Below are positions 24,380 to 32,000 of a DNA stretch of 32,000 bases, one piece after another (the first letter of the stretch is position 1; every line of letters begins with the position of its first letter). Source of the stretch: Micrococcus luteus NCTC 2665 (GTDB taxonomy: Bacteria > Actinomycetota > Actinomycetes > Actinomycetales > Micrococcaceae); assembly GCF_000023205.1 (NCBI RefSeq), contig NC_012803.1:2430001-2462000 (forward strand), given 5' to 3'. A program made the translations under genes and the position numbers. The notes below the pieces were generated by a model that had not been told where the DNA came from, did not search any database, and saw only the letters and a program-made list of their open reading frames with translations.

Positions 24380-26155
24380 ATGCCGACCCTGCGAACCGTC
24401 TCCCTCTCCGCCGCCACGCGGGAGGATCACCTCGCCCGCCTCCGGGCCACCAGCCCGGAGGCCCCCCTCGACATCCTGATCGTCGGCGGCGGCTCCACCG
24501 GCGTGGGCGCCGCGTTCGACGCGGCCACCCGCGGCCTCGACGTGGGCATCGTCGAGGCCCGCGACTGGGCCTCCGGGACGTCGTCCCGCTCCTCCCGCCT
24601 CATGCACGGTGGCCTGCGCTACCTCGAGATGCTGGACGTCAAGCTGGTGTATGAGGCGCTGCGGGAGCGCGACCTGCTGCTCACCCAGACCGCGCCCCAC
24701 CTGGTGCGCCCCCTGCGCTTCGTCTTCCCGTTCTTCCACAAGGTGATCGACCGCGGCTTCATCGGCGCCGGCGTCACCATGTACGACGCCATGCAGTCGC
24801 TCGGCCGCCGCCGCGCGATGGGCGCGCACCGCCATCTCAGCCGCCGCTCCATGGCCGCGACCTTCCCCTCCCTCGATGACGAGAAGATCGTCGGCGCGGT
24901 GGAGTACGCCGACGCCCAGTTCGACGACGCCCGCCTGGCCATGATGCTCGTGCGCTCCGCCGTGGACCACGGCGCCGTGGCCGCCAACTACACCGCCGTC
25001 ACCGGCTACCTGCGCGGCGACGACGGCCGTGTGCAGGGCGTGCGTGTCCGCGAGGAGACCTCCGGCGAGGAGTTCGACGTGCACGCGCGCGCCGTCATCC
25101 TGGCCGGGGGCGTCTGGACCCAGGAGCAGCAGGAGCTGGCCGAGGCCGACGGCGGCCTCGAGGTGCTCGCGTCCAAGGGCGCCCACATCACCGTGCCCCG
25201 CGACCGCATCCGCGCCGACGCCGCCACCGGCGTGATCACCAAGACGGAGAAGTCCGTGCTGTTCCTCATCCCGTGGGACGAGTACTGGGTGATCGGTACC
25301 ACGGACACCCCGTGGGCGGAGGACGTGGCCCATCCGGCCACCACCGCGGACGACATCGACTACATCCTCGAGCACGCCAACGCGGTGCTGAAGGAGGACC
25401 TCACGCGAGACGACGTGATCGCCACGTACGCCGGCCTGCGCCCGCTCCTGCAGCCGGTCACCGGATCCGACGGCGGCTCCACCAAGATCTCCCGTGAGCA
25501 CACCGTCACCGAGGTGGCCCCCGGCCTCACCGCCGTGGCCGGCGGCAAGTGGACCACGTACCGGGCCATGGCCGAGGACGTCGTGGACTTCGTGGTGCGC
25601 GAGACCCACCCGACCCGTCCCAGCCTCACCGAGCACATCCCCGTGCTCGGCGGCCTCGGCTACTCGGAGATCGAGGCGGAGGCGGACCGCATCGCCGCCG
25701 ACTACGGCCTGGACGAGGCCCGCGTGGACCGGCTCCTGTTCCGCTACGGCACCGTGCTGCGCCATGTGCTCGACCTGATCGACGGCGACCCGTCCCTGAG
25801 CGTCCCTCTCGCCGAGGCGCCGCGCTACCTGCGCGCCGAGATCGTCTACGCGGCCCGAGCCGAGGGCGTCGTCCACCTGGACGACGTCATCGAGCGCCGC
25901 ACGCGCCTGTCCACCGAGGTCCGCGACCGCGGCGTCGCCGCGGCCGAGGAGATCGCGTCCCTCGTGGCCCCCGAGCTGGGCTGGGATGAAGAGCGCATCG
26001 CCGGTGAGATCCGGGCGTACAAGAACCTCGTCGCCGCCCGCCTCCGCGGTGAGACCGCCCACGACGACGTCACCGCCGCCGCCGCGCTCGCAGCCGCCGA
26101 CGCCGCCCCCGTCCACGGAAAGGAGCCCGTCCATGGGCACGATCTTCCTGCATGA
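24380..26155 (+). CDS. glpD: FAD-dependent glycerol-3-phosphate dehydrogenase
   Basis: 591 aa with the dinucleotide-binding motif ILIVGGGSTGVGAAFDAATRG and SSRSSRLMHGGLRYLE. AAAGGAG Shine-Dalgarno upstream. Confidence 0.92.
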   Translation: MPTLRTVSLSAATREDHLARLRATSPEAPLDILIVGGGSTGVGAAFDAATRGLDVGIVEARDWASGTSSRSSRLMHGGLRYLEMLDVKLVYEALRERDLLLTQTAPHLVRPLRFVFPFFHKVIDRGFIGAGVTMYDAMQSLGRRRAMGAHRHLSRRSMAATFPSLDDEKIVGAVEYADAQFDDARLAMMLVRSAVDHGAVAANYTAVTGYLRGDDGRVQGVRVREETSGEEFDVHARAVILAGGVWTQEQQELAEADGGLEVLASKGAHITVPRDRIRADAATGVITKTEKSVLFLIPWDEYWVIGTTDTPWAEDVAHPATTADDIDYILEHANAVLKEDLTRDDVIATYAGLRPLLQPVTGSDGGSTKISREHTVTEVAPGLTAVAGGKWTTYRAMAEDVVDFVVRETHPTRPSLTEHIPVLGGLGYSEIEAEADRIAADYGLDEARVDRLLFRYGTVLRHVLDLIDGDPSLSVPLAEAPRYLRAEIVYAARAEGVVHLDDVIERRTRLSTEVRDRGVAAAEEIASLVAPELGWDEERIAGEIRAYKNLVAARLRGETAHDDVTAAAALAAADAAPVHGKEPVHGHDLPA

Positions 26156-26855
26156 GATCGCCGGCACGGCGATCCTCCTCCTGCTCGGCGTCGGCGTCGT
26201 CGCCAACGTCGTCCTGACGAAGACCAAGGGCAACGGCGGAGGCTGGCTGCTCATCAGCTTCGGCTGGGGGCTGGGCGTCTTCGCGGGCGTCTACGTCGCT
26301 GCCGCGACCGGTGCGCACCTGAACCCCGCCGTGACCGTCGGCCTGCTCGTCAGCGGCGCCGAGGAGTACGCCCCCGGCATCGCCGTGACCCTCGGCACCA
26401 CGCTCGCGTACTTCGCGGCGCAGCTGATCGGCGCCTTCCTCGGCGCGGCCCTGGCCTGGCTGGCCTACCGCGACCACTACCAGGCGGAGACGGACCAGGG
26501 CGCGATCCTGGGCACGTTCGCCACAGGTCCCGAGATCCGCAACCCGCTGTGGAACATGGTCACCGAGGTGATCGCCACGTTCGTCCTGGTGTTCGTGATC
26601 CTGCTCTTCGGCTCCACCCCCTCCGGGCTCGGCCCGCTCGCGGTGGCCCTGCTCGTCGTCGCGATCGGCGCGAGCCTGGGCGGCCCCACGGGGTACGCCA
26701 TCAACCCGGCGCGCGACCTGGGCCCCCGCCTGTTCCACGCCGTCGCGCCGATCCGGCACAAGGGCGGCTCGGACTGGGGCTACGCCTGGGTGCCGATCGT
26801 CGGCCCGCTCGTCGGCGCCGTCCTGGCCGGCCTCGCCGCGCCTCTGTTCGTCTGA
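26133..26855 (+). CDS. glpF: Aquaglyceroporin / glycerol uptake facilitator (MIP family)
   Basis: 240 aa from ATG 26133 (MGTIFLHEIAGTAILLLLG) with two NPA boxes (HLNPAVT, AINPARD). GGAAAGGAG Shine-Dalgarno upstream. It overlaps the glpD 3' end by 23 nt. Confidence 0.9.
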   Translation: MGTIFLHEIAGTAILLLLGVGVVANVVLTKTKGNGGGWLLISFGWGLGVFAGVYVAAATGAHLNPAVTVGLLVSGAEEYAPGIAVTLGTTLAYFAAQLIGAFLGAALAWLAYRDHYQAETDQGAILGTFATGPEIRNPLWNMVTEVIATFVLVFVILLFGSTPSGLGPLAVALLVVAIGASLGGPTGYAINPARDLGPRLFHAVAPIRHKGGSDWGYAWVPIVGPLVGAVLAGLAAPLFV

Positions 26856-26908
26856 GCGGTCTGCCCGCCACCCCCACACCCCCGTGACCACCTCCGAAGG
26901 AGTAGGAC

Positions 26909-28441
26909 ATGACCACCCCCCGCTACGTGATGGCCATCGACCAGGGCACCACGTCCACGCGCGCGATCCTCTTCGACCACAGTGGGGCCATCGTGTCCAC
27001 TGGTCAGCGCGAACACGAGCAGATCTTCCCGCGCGCCGGCTGGGTGGAGCACGACCCGGTGGAGATCTGGAAGAACACCCGCGAGGTCATCGGCGAGGCC
27101 CTGGCCCGCGCCGAGGTGACCCGGCACGACGTCGCCGCCGTGGGCATCACGAACCAGCGTGAGACCACCGTGGTGTGGGACCGCAACACCGGCAAGCCGG
27201 TGTACAACGCCATCGTGTGGCAGGACACCCGCACCGACCGCCTCTGCGAGCGCCTCGCCGGCGACGTCGGCGCGGACCGCTACAAGGAGCGCGTCGGGCT
27301 GCCCCTGGCCACGTACTTCTCCGGCCCCAAGGTGGCCTGGATTCTGGAGAACGTGGACGGTGCCCGGGAGGCCGCCGAGAACGGCGACCTCATCTTCGGC
27401 ACCACGGACTCGTGGCTCGTGTGGAATCTCACCGGCGGCGGCGAGGGCGGCCGGCACGTCACCGACGTCACCAACGCCTCCCGCACCATGCTGATGAACC
27501 TGGACACCCTCGACTGGAACGAGGAGATCTGCGCGGACATGGGCATCCCGATGTCCATGCTTCCGGAGATCGTCAGCTCCTCCGCCGAGGTGGGCACCGT
27601 ATCCGGCCAGCAGCTGCTGCGCGAGACGCCGATCACCGGCATCCTGGGCGACCAGCACGCGGCGACCTTCGGCCAGGCGTGCTTCGAGGTCGGCCAGGCC
27701 AAGAACACGTACGGCACCGGCAACTTCATGCTGATCAACACCGGCGAGGAGCCGGTGCACTCGGACAACGGCCTGCTCACCACGGTGGCGTACCGCATTG
27801 GCGACCAGAAGCCGGTGTACGCGCTGGAGGGCTCGATCGCCGTCACCGGCTCGCTGATCCAGTGGCTGCGGGACAACCTCGGGATGATCGGCAGCGCCCC
27901 GGAGGTCGAGACCCTGGCCGCCGGCGTGGAGGACAACGGCGGCGTGTACTTCGTCCCCGCGTTCTCCGGCCTCTTCGCCCCGCACTGGGACGCCGCGGCC
28001 CGCGGCGTCATGGTGGGCATGACCCGTTACGTCAACAAGGGGCACATCGCCCGCGCGGCGCTCGAGGCCACCGCCTTCCAGAGCCGCGAGGTCCTGGACG
28101 CCATGAACGCGGACTCCGGCGTGGACCTCACCGAACTGAAGGTCGACGGTGGCATGGTCGCCAACGAGCTGCTCATGCAGTTCCAGGCGGACCTGCTGCG
28201 CGTGCCCGTCGTGCGCCCCAAGGTCATCGAGACCACCGCTCTCGGCGCCGCCTACGCCGCAGGCCTGGCGGTGGGGTTCTGGGCGTCCCAGGACGAGCTC
28301 GTGGCCAACTGGGAAGAGGACAAGCGCTGGGAGCCCACCACGGACGAGGAGGAGGTTGAGCGCGCCCTGCGGCTGTGGAAGAAGGCCGTGGAACGCTCCC
28401 GCGACTGGGTCGACGAGGACGTCGAGTCGGCCCAGGGCTGA
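26909..28441 (+). CDS. glpK: Glycerol kinase
   Basis: 510 aa with FGGY-family motifs [22 protein letters not shown] and GDQHAA. GAAGGAG Shine-Dalgarno upstream. Confidence 0.95.
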   Translation: MTTPRYVMAIDQGTTSTRAILFDHSGAIVSTGQREHEQIFPRAGWVEHDPVEIWKNTREVIGEALARAEVTRHDVAAVGITNQRETTVVWDRNTGKPVYNAIVWQDTRTDRLCERLAGDVGADRYKERVGLPLATYFSGPKVAWILENVDGAREAAENGDLIFGTTDSWLVWNLTGGGEGGRHVTDVTNASRTMLMNLDTLDWNEEICADMGIPMSMLPEIVSSSAEVGTVSGQQLLRETPITGILGDQHAATFGQACFEVGQAKNTYGTGNFMLINTGEEPVHSDNGLLTTVAYRIGDQKPVYALEGSIAVTGSLIQWLRDNLGMIGSAPEVETLAAGVEDNGGVYFVPAFSGLFAPHWDAAARGVMVGMTRYVNKGHIARAALEATAFQSREVLDAMNADSGVDLTELKVDGGMVANELLMQFQADLLRVPVVRPKVIETTALGAAYAAGLAVGFWASQDELVANWEEDKRWEPTTDEEEVERALRLWKKAVERSRDWVDEDVESAQG

Positions 28442-28460
28442 GCCGTCCGGTCCGTAGGTC

Positions 28461-28500
28461 GGTCCGGCCGGCCCCGGGCCGGTCCGGGCCGGTCCGGGCC
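28461..28500. repeat. GC-rich short tandem repeat (ggtccgggcc x2 perfect, preceded by a degenerate longer copy), possibly a glpK terminator structure
   Basis: Read directly from the sequence, starting 20 nt after the glpK stop: ggtccggccggccccgggcc ggtccgggcc ggtccgggcc. The unit is self-complementary around cccggg. Confidence 0.4.
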
Positions 28501-28632
28501 CTCCAGAAGGACCCCGAGCAGCACTACCCCCTCGTCGGCCGCCTGCGCGCGGAGCGGGGTGGATTCGGTGCCGTTGCCATCGGCGCAGTGGCCAGGCCCG
28601 AGGTGCCCGGCTGCTCCGACGTCAAGCTGTCC

Positions 28633-29130
28633 TCACCCAGGGCGGCCTCTTCCCCCGCCGCTTCCGCCCAAGGCGGCGGTGGCCAGGCAGGCGAAGTAGT
28701 CCGCATCCACGTTCCGGCTGTCCTTGATGGCGCTCCGCTGTGGAATCTCCTCGGAGAGGTTCTCCACGGCCGCGTTGTTCGCCGAGGCCACCACCATTTC
28801 GAAGCCGACCACCTCAGGCCGGAGTTCGCGCGCCCGTCGTCGCATCCTGCCCTCGCCGGTCCACTCATGGGTGCGTTCGGTGAGGGCGTCGAATGGATTC
28901 TCACACGCCGACAATCGGCGTGCTCGTTCGACGACGTTGGACGCCAGGATGTCCCGGAGCGTCGTCGTCTTGCCGGTTCCGGGGAGGCCGTTCACACCCA
29001 TCAGACCTGGCCCGCCCGCCTCGACGACGTCGGCCCGCGCGACGACATCAATGCGGGCGGCTTGCAGGTGCCCCGTATGCTCGTGGGCGGTCACATTCGA
29101 GGAACTCAGCGGTGGCTGCTGTGCCTGGAT
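28633..29130 (-). pseudogene. Remnant of an SF1 (Upf1/DNA2-like) AAA helicase, truncated at both N and C termini
   Basis: Within ORF 28633..29220(-): Walker A GLPGTGKTTT (28966-28989), followed by LRDILASNVVERARRL...FEMVVASANNAAVENLSEEIP, which is typical of large actinobacterial AAA/DNA2-like helicases of over 1000 aa. Only about 170 aa is present. The apparent TTG start runs through a poly-G tract and is not credible. Confidence 0.6.
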
Positions 29131-29200
29131 GGCGCACTTGCCCTCCTCCCCGAGGCTCGGCGCGAGCATTCCATCCCCCGTCTGACCTTTGCCCTCTCTT

Positions 29201-29214
29201 CCCCCCCCCCCCCC
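29201..29214. repeat. C14 homopolymer tract (G14 on the minus strand)
   Basis: Counted directly as 14 consecutive C. It lies between the GIY-YIG gene stop (29231) and the helicase remnant. Confidence 0.9.
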
Positions 29215-29230
29215 GGACAACGACGTCCGT

Positions 29231-30096
29231 TCAGTTCCGGTTCAGTCCGAACCGGCGCGTCATCAAAGCCTCCTTGTAGTGCTTCTCCGCGGCGTCGATC
29301 TGGGCCTGCGGGGTATTGGAGCCGAACACGCGCAACAGACTGAACGTGTACCGCTCCGGCTGGGCGGGGTCGAGCTCCAGGGCATCCCCGAGCTCCAGGG
29401 CATCCCGGAGGGCGACGTTCCCGCCATGCCCGTCACGGCCGTAGGCCTCCCACCGTCCGAGCACACCACGCTCACCGTCGGCCTTGCCCACGTAGCACTG
29501 GCCCGCGGTCTCGTCGGCGATCAGGTAGATCCCGCGTACGGCCTCCAGGGCGGTGCGCCAGCCTGCGTAGCGGGGGTCACCATTGACTGCAGGTCCCCGT
29601 AGCTGAGCAGCACGTGGTCGAAGCCGGGGAACGCCTCGGTGCTGGGGTCCGCGATCTCGAGGACGGGGAACCGCGCCGCCAGGGGGCCGCGCTTGGCCCA
29701 GTTCACGGGGTCTGCGGACCACTCCACCACCAGGCGCTCCTCGAGGGAGGCCAACAGCGGCACCGGCGCAACGTCGTAGTACCGGTGCCGCTCCGTGCGC
29801 TCAGCCACGGCCTCCCCGCGGTTCTCGTACACGGCGGTGAGGCGAGAACGACGCCCGCCCTCCCCCATGAAGATCAGCCAGTGGCGGGCGGGCTCCTTCG
29901 GGAACTTCCCCACGTGGTGCTGCTCCCGCGTGTAGGCGAGCACGCGCTCCGGAGTGGCTGCCGCCCGCGATGGCAGCCCCGACTCCTTGTAGGTGTGCCG
30001 GATGGCCAGGACGTCGTGCGGGTCGAGGCCGGCGGCGCCGAGGACCGCACCGAGGGAGAGGACGAAGGGCTCGGGGACGAGCTGGGGGGACTCCAT
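29231..30096 (-). pseudogene. GIY-YIG nuclease family gene interrupted by a frameshift (two overlapping ORFs 29521..30162 and 29231..29722)
   Basis: The upstream ORF (from ATG 30096, MESPQLVPEPF...FPGFDHVLLSYGDLQS) and the downstream ORF (...NGDPRYAGWRTALEAVRGIYLIADETAGQCYVGKA...HYKEALMTRRFGLNRN) together resemble a single GIY-YIG protein of about 290 aa. The total span is 866 nt, one short of a multiple of three, which fits a 1-nt deletion near 29580-29600. Confidence 0.7.
29371..29406. repeat. Perfect 18-bp tandem duplication inside the GIY-YIG coding sequence
   Basis: cgagctccagggcatccc is repeated twice (29371-29388 and 29389-29406). This produces the duplicated peptide DALELG-DALELD in the minus-strand frame. 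Confidence 0.9.
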
Positions 30097-30191
30097 GGAA
30101 CCCCATTCTGCCGAGGACTCCTGATCGCCCTTCCATTGCGATGAGCCCTCAGCCACAATCACCGTGACGCCTTCCAGCGGAAGAGGAACCC

Positions 30192-30851
30192 ATGACCGCT
30201 CCCCAGCTGCACCTGCCCCGCACCGTCGCCTCAGACCAGACCGAGCTTGCCGTCGACCTGCTGAAGGTCTACTTCGAATCCAGGAAGTTCATCGGCAGCC
30301 AATGGGACGGGTTCGACCCGAGCGGGACGCGCGCAGTGTCTGCGAACGTGTTCACCTCCGACGACGTCGCCTCCGCCGCCCTGCTGAACACGCCAGTGCC
30401 AGGTCGTGCCGTCGCGCATCTGCTCATCAGCCAGAGGGAGCGTTTCTCGGAGCTGCTCAGGGCCGTCGGGCCTGACCGCGACTTCATCGACGTCGACCCG
30501 GACCCGTCCGGCAAGGACATGGCACCGGTGTACGAGCTCTACGAGGCGCTGAAAACCCTGCCGAAGGTCGGGCCGACAATCGCCTCCAAGCTGGTCGCCC
30601 GCAAGCGGCCGCGACTCTTCCCGATCGTCGACGCCGAGCTGCGCCAGACCGTCTTCTATGAGGTGCGGCAGGACACCCACAGGGGGCGTCAGCTGCTGCA
30701 TGCGGAGTTCTCGGCCCAAGACAGGACCCTCTGGAAGCGACTCGCGTCCTACCATTCGGCGGCGTCACTGCCCACCGAGGTCTCGGTACTCCGGGTCTTC
30801 GATGTCCTCGCCTGGATGGAGGCCAAGGCGTACTGGGGGCCAGTCCCATGA
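30192..30851 (+). CDS. DUF6308-like hypothetical protein
   Basis: 219 aa. LPKVGPTIASKLVARKRPRLFPIVD resembles the conserved core I associate with DUF6308 (...GVG.T.ASKLLARKRPRLIPIYD). It is divergent from the GIY-YIG gene across a 95-nt spacer. Confidence 0.6.
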   Translation: MTAPQLHLPRTVASDQTELAVDLLKVYFESRKFIGSQWDGFDPSGTRAVSANVFTSDDVASAALLNTPVPGRAVAHLLISQRERFSELLRAVGPDRDFIDVDPDPSGKDMAPVYELYEALKTLPKVGPTIASKLVARKRPRLFPIVDAELRQTVFYEVRQDTHRGRQLLHAEFSAQDRTLWKRLASYHSAASLPTEVSVLRVFDVLAWMEAKAYWGPVP

Positions 30852-31185
30852 TCAGCCCTCGGAGGAGACCAGCACCGCTAGCCTGGGGCGGGACTGCCCG
30901 CCGCGCTGCCTATCCCGACCCCTCCAAATCCCCTCCACTATGCGCGCCAGCACCCCGGTCAGCAGTTCGACGTCGGCCGGCACGTCCTCGTCGCTGTTCA
31001 GCTCGCACTCTTCGTGAGGGATCCCGTCCACGGAGGGCACGAAGAGCATGGCGTAGGCACGACCTCCTTGCAGTTGGTGAAGCCATGGCCTGCCACGGCA
31101 AGCACGTCGACGCCGTTCAGGCCGAGGCCTTTGCCCACCCTGCGGACCAGGGAGGAACTCTCGGTGAAGTACGGGCTCTGCGCCT
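30852..31185 (-). pseudogene. C-terminal remnant of an M20-family amidohydrolase (allantoate amidohydrolase / carbamoylase type), frameshifted
   Basis: Two minus-strand frames read ...PYFTESSSLVRRVGKGLGLNGVDVLAVAGHGFTNCKEVV and then MLFVPSVDGIPHEECELNSDEDVPADVELLTGVLARIVE. Together these match the ...AGHDA...MIFVPS..GISHNP.E.T..EDL..G..VL C-terminus of M20 hydrolases. The rest of the gene is absent. Confidence 0.5.
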
Positions 31186-32000
31186 ACAAGTGGGTCATCT
31201 GCAGGGCGATCGCCATACGCTCTATCTTCTTCACCAAGCTAAACCCAACAGCGGCGATCCGCGGCTTCTTAGTGATCTTCGGCATGGGCTTCGCGGCCCG
31301 TCCGGTCGGCGCGTTCAGGTTAAGCATCCTCGACGACCTCTGAGGCCGACGCCCCACGTTGGTCCTCCCCGTGGTGCTGAGAGGCGCCGCGACCGGGGCC
31401 ATTGACCTGCTGCCGACCTGCGCATGCATCGGCTTGGCTGCGCCGATCATCCTGGCCGTCCTGCGCCTCCTACAGGGCCTGGCCGTGAGCGGCGGTTGAT
31501 GCGGGCCGCCGCCGTCGCGATCGAGCACGCACTACGCGCAGCGCGGCCGCTACGCCGCCATGATGCAGCTCGGCTTCCCCGCAAGGGACCCTGATCCCCT
31601 CCGGCGTCTTCGCGCTGGCGCTCATGCTCCCCACGGAGTTCGTAGACGCATGGGGCTGGCGCTTACTGTTCCTCTTCGCATGCCGATCCTGGCCATCGCC
31701 CTGTGCATTTGGGTGAAGATGTAGGGGTCGCCGGTCTGCGAGGAGCTCCAGAATCTCGGCGGCCGCCCAATCATGGCGATCATGGCCGCGCTTCTGGGCT
31801 CTGGCAGTTTCTACGCGACGAACACCTTAGCGTTCAGCTACGCCACCAACACGCTCGGTGTGTACCGCCTGGCCATGATCAACGCGACCCTGGTAGCCGC
31901 CGTCGTGCCAATTCTCGTGATCCTGCTCGTCGGCCGCGTGGATGCGTCCTGGGGCCCGGACCGAGTGACCATGGCTGGCGGCATCAACACGGCGCCAGCG
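31160..32000 (+). pseudogene. Degraded MFS (metabolite:H+ symporter-like) transporter gene with several frameshifts and stops. It runs off the window end
   Basis: Fragments in different frames read FFTKLNPTAAIRGFLVIFGMGFAARPVGA, LLPTCACIGLAAPIILAVLRLLQGLAVSGG-stop, WGWRLLFL and GSGSFYATNTLAFSYATNTLGV. These are colinear with MFS/MHS transporters but interrupted. The segment has lower GC. Confidence 0.6.

Noticed and set aside
24275-26254. 659-aa minus-strand ORF
   Set aside because: It is antisense to glpD and the start of glpF. It has no motifs, and the plus strand has the FAD-binding and MIP signatures.
24380-28441. The glpD-glpF-glpK cluster as something unusual
   Set aside because: These are ordinary glycerol catabolism genes with canonical motifs and ribosome-binding sites. 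The gene order and the 23-nt glpD/glpF overlap are minor variations and not evidence of a novel system.
1-32000. CRISPR arrays, tRNA, rRNA or other structured RNA genes
   Set aside because: I saw no regularly spaced direct repeats, no cloverleaf-compatible segments and no rRNA-like conserved stretches. The intergenic regions are short and mostly accounted for. This was only a visual scan, so tRNAscan-SE, Infernal and a CRISPR finder should confirm it.

Overview
This is a high-GC (roughly 70%) chromosomal segment of actinobacterial type. All calls come from reading the supplied six-frame translations and the DNA by eye, with no searches run, so family names are motif-level recognition.

Housekeeping and metabolic genes frame the window:
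- a MerR regulator with a YeeE/TusA sulfur-carrier pair
- a Zn-dependent alcohol dehydrogenase
- an acyl-CoA ligase
- an asparaginase / polysaccharide-deacetylase operon
- a glpD-glpF-glpK glycerol operon

Two accessory regions sit between and beyond these.

(1) About 7.7-23.7 kb. The standout is a translationally coupled four-gene operon at 10378-17199. It encodes a DUF3375-like kleisin, a DUF4194-like KITE subunit, a 1118-aa SMC/ABC-type ATPase and a DUF3322/DUF2220 Toprim protein. This is the architecture of a Wadjet (JetABCD, also called MksBEFG or EptABCD) anti-plasmid condensin-nuclease system. The operon lies in a block of about 9.8 kb, together with a YdjM-like membrane hydrolase gene and a gntR-lrgA-lrgB operon. 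That block appears to be inserted into the linker of a tandem-GNAT acetyltransferase gene. The two halves of the split gene flank the block, and an intact paralogue lies at 22020-23162. Other elements in this region are an IS481-type transposase remnant, a Fic-domain protein, a further inverted GNAT fragment and a low-GC orphan gene.

(2) About 28.5-32 kb. This is a decaying patch containing:
- an SF1 helicase remnant
- a C14 homopolymer
- a GIY-YIG nuclease gene carrying a frameshift and an 18-bp tandem duplication
- a DUF6308-like gene
- remnants of an M20 hydrolase and an MFS transporter

I recognised no rRNA, tRNA or CRISPR array. Many long ORFs in the track are GC-driven shadows of the real genes.
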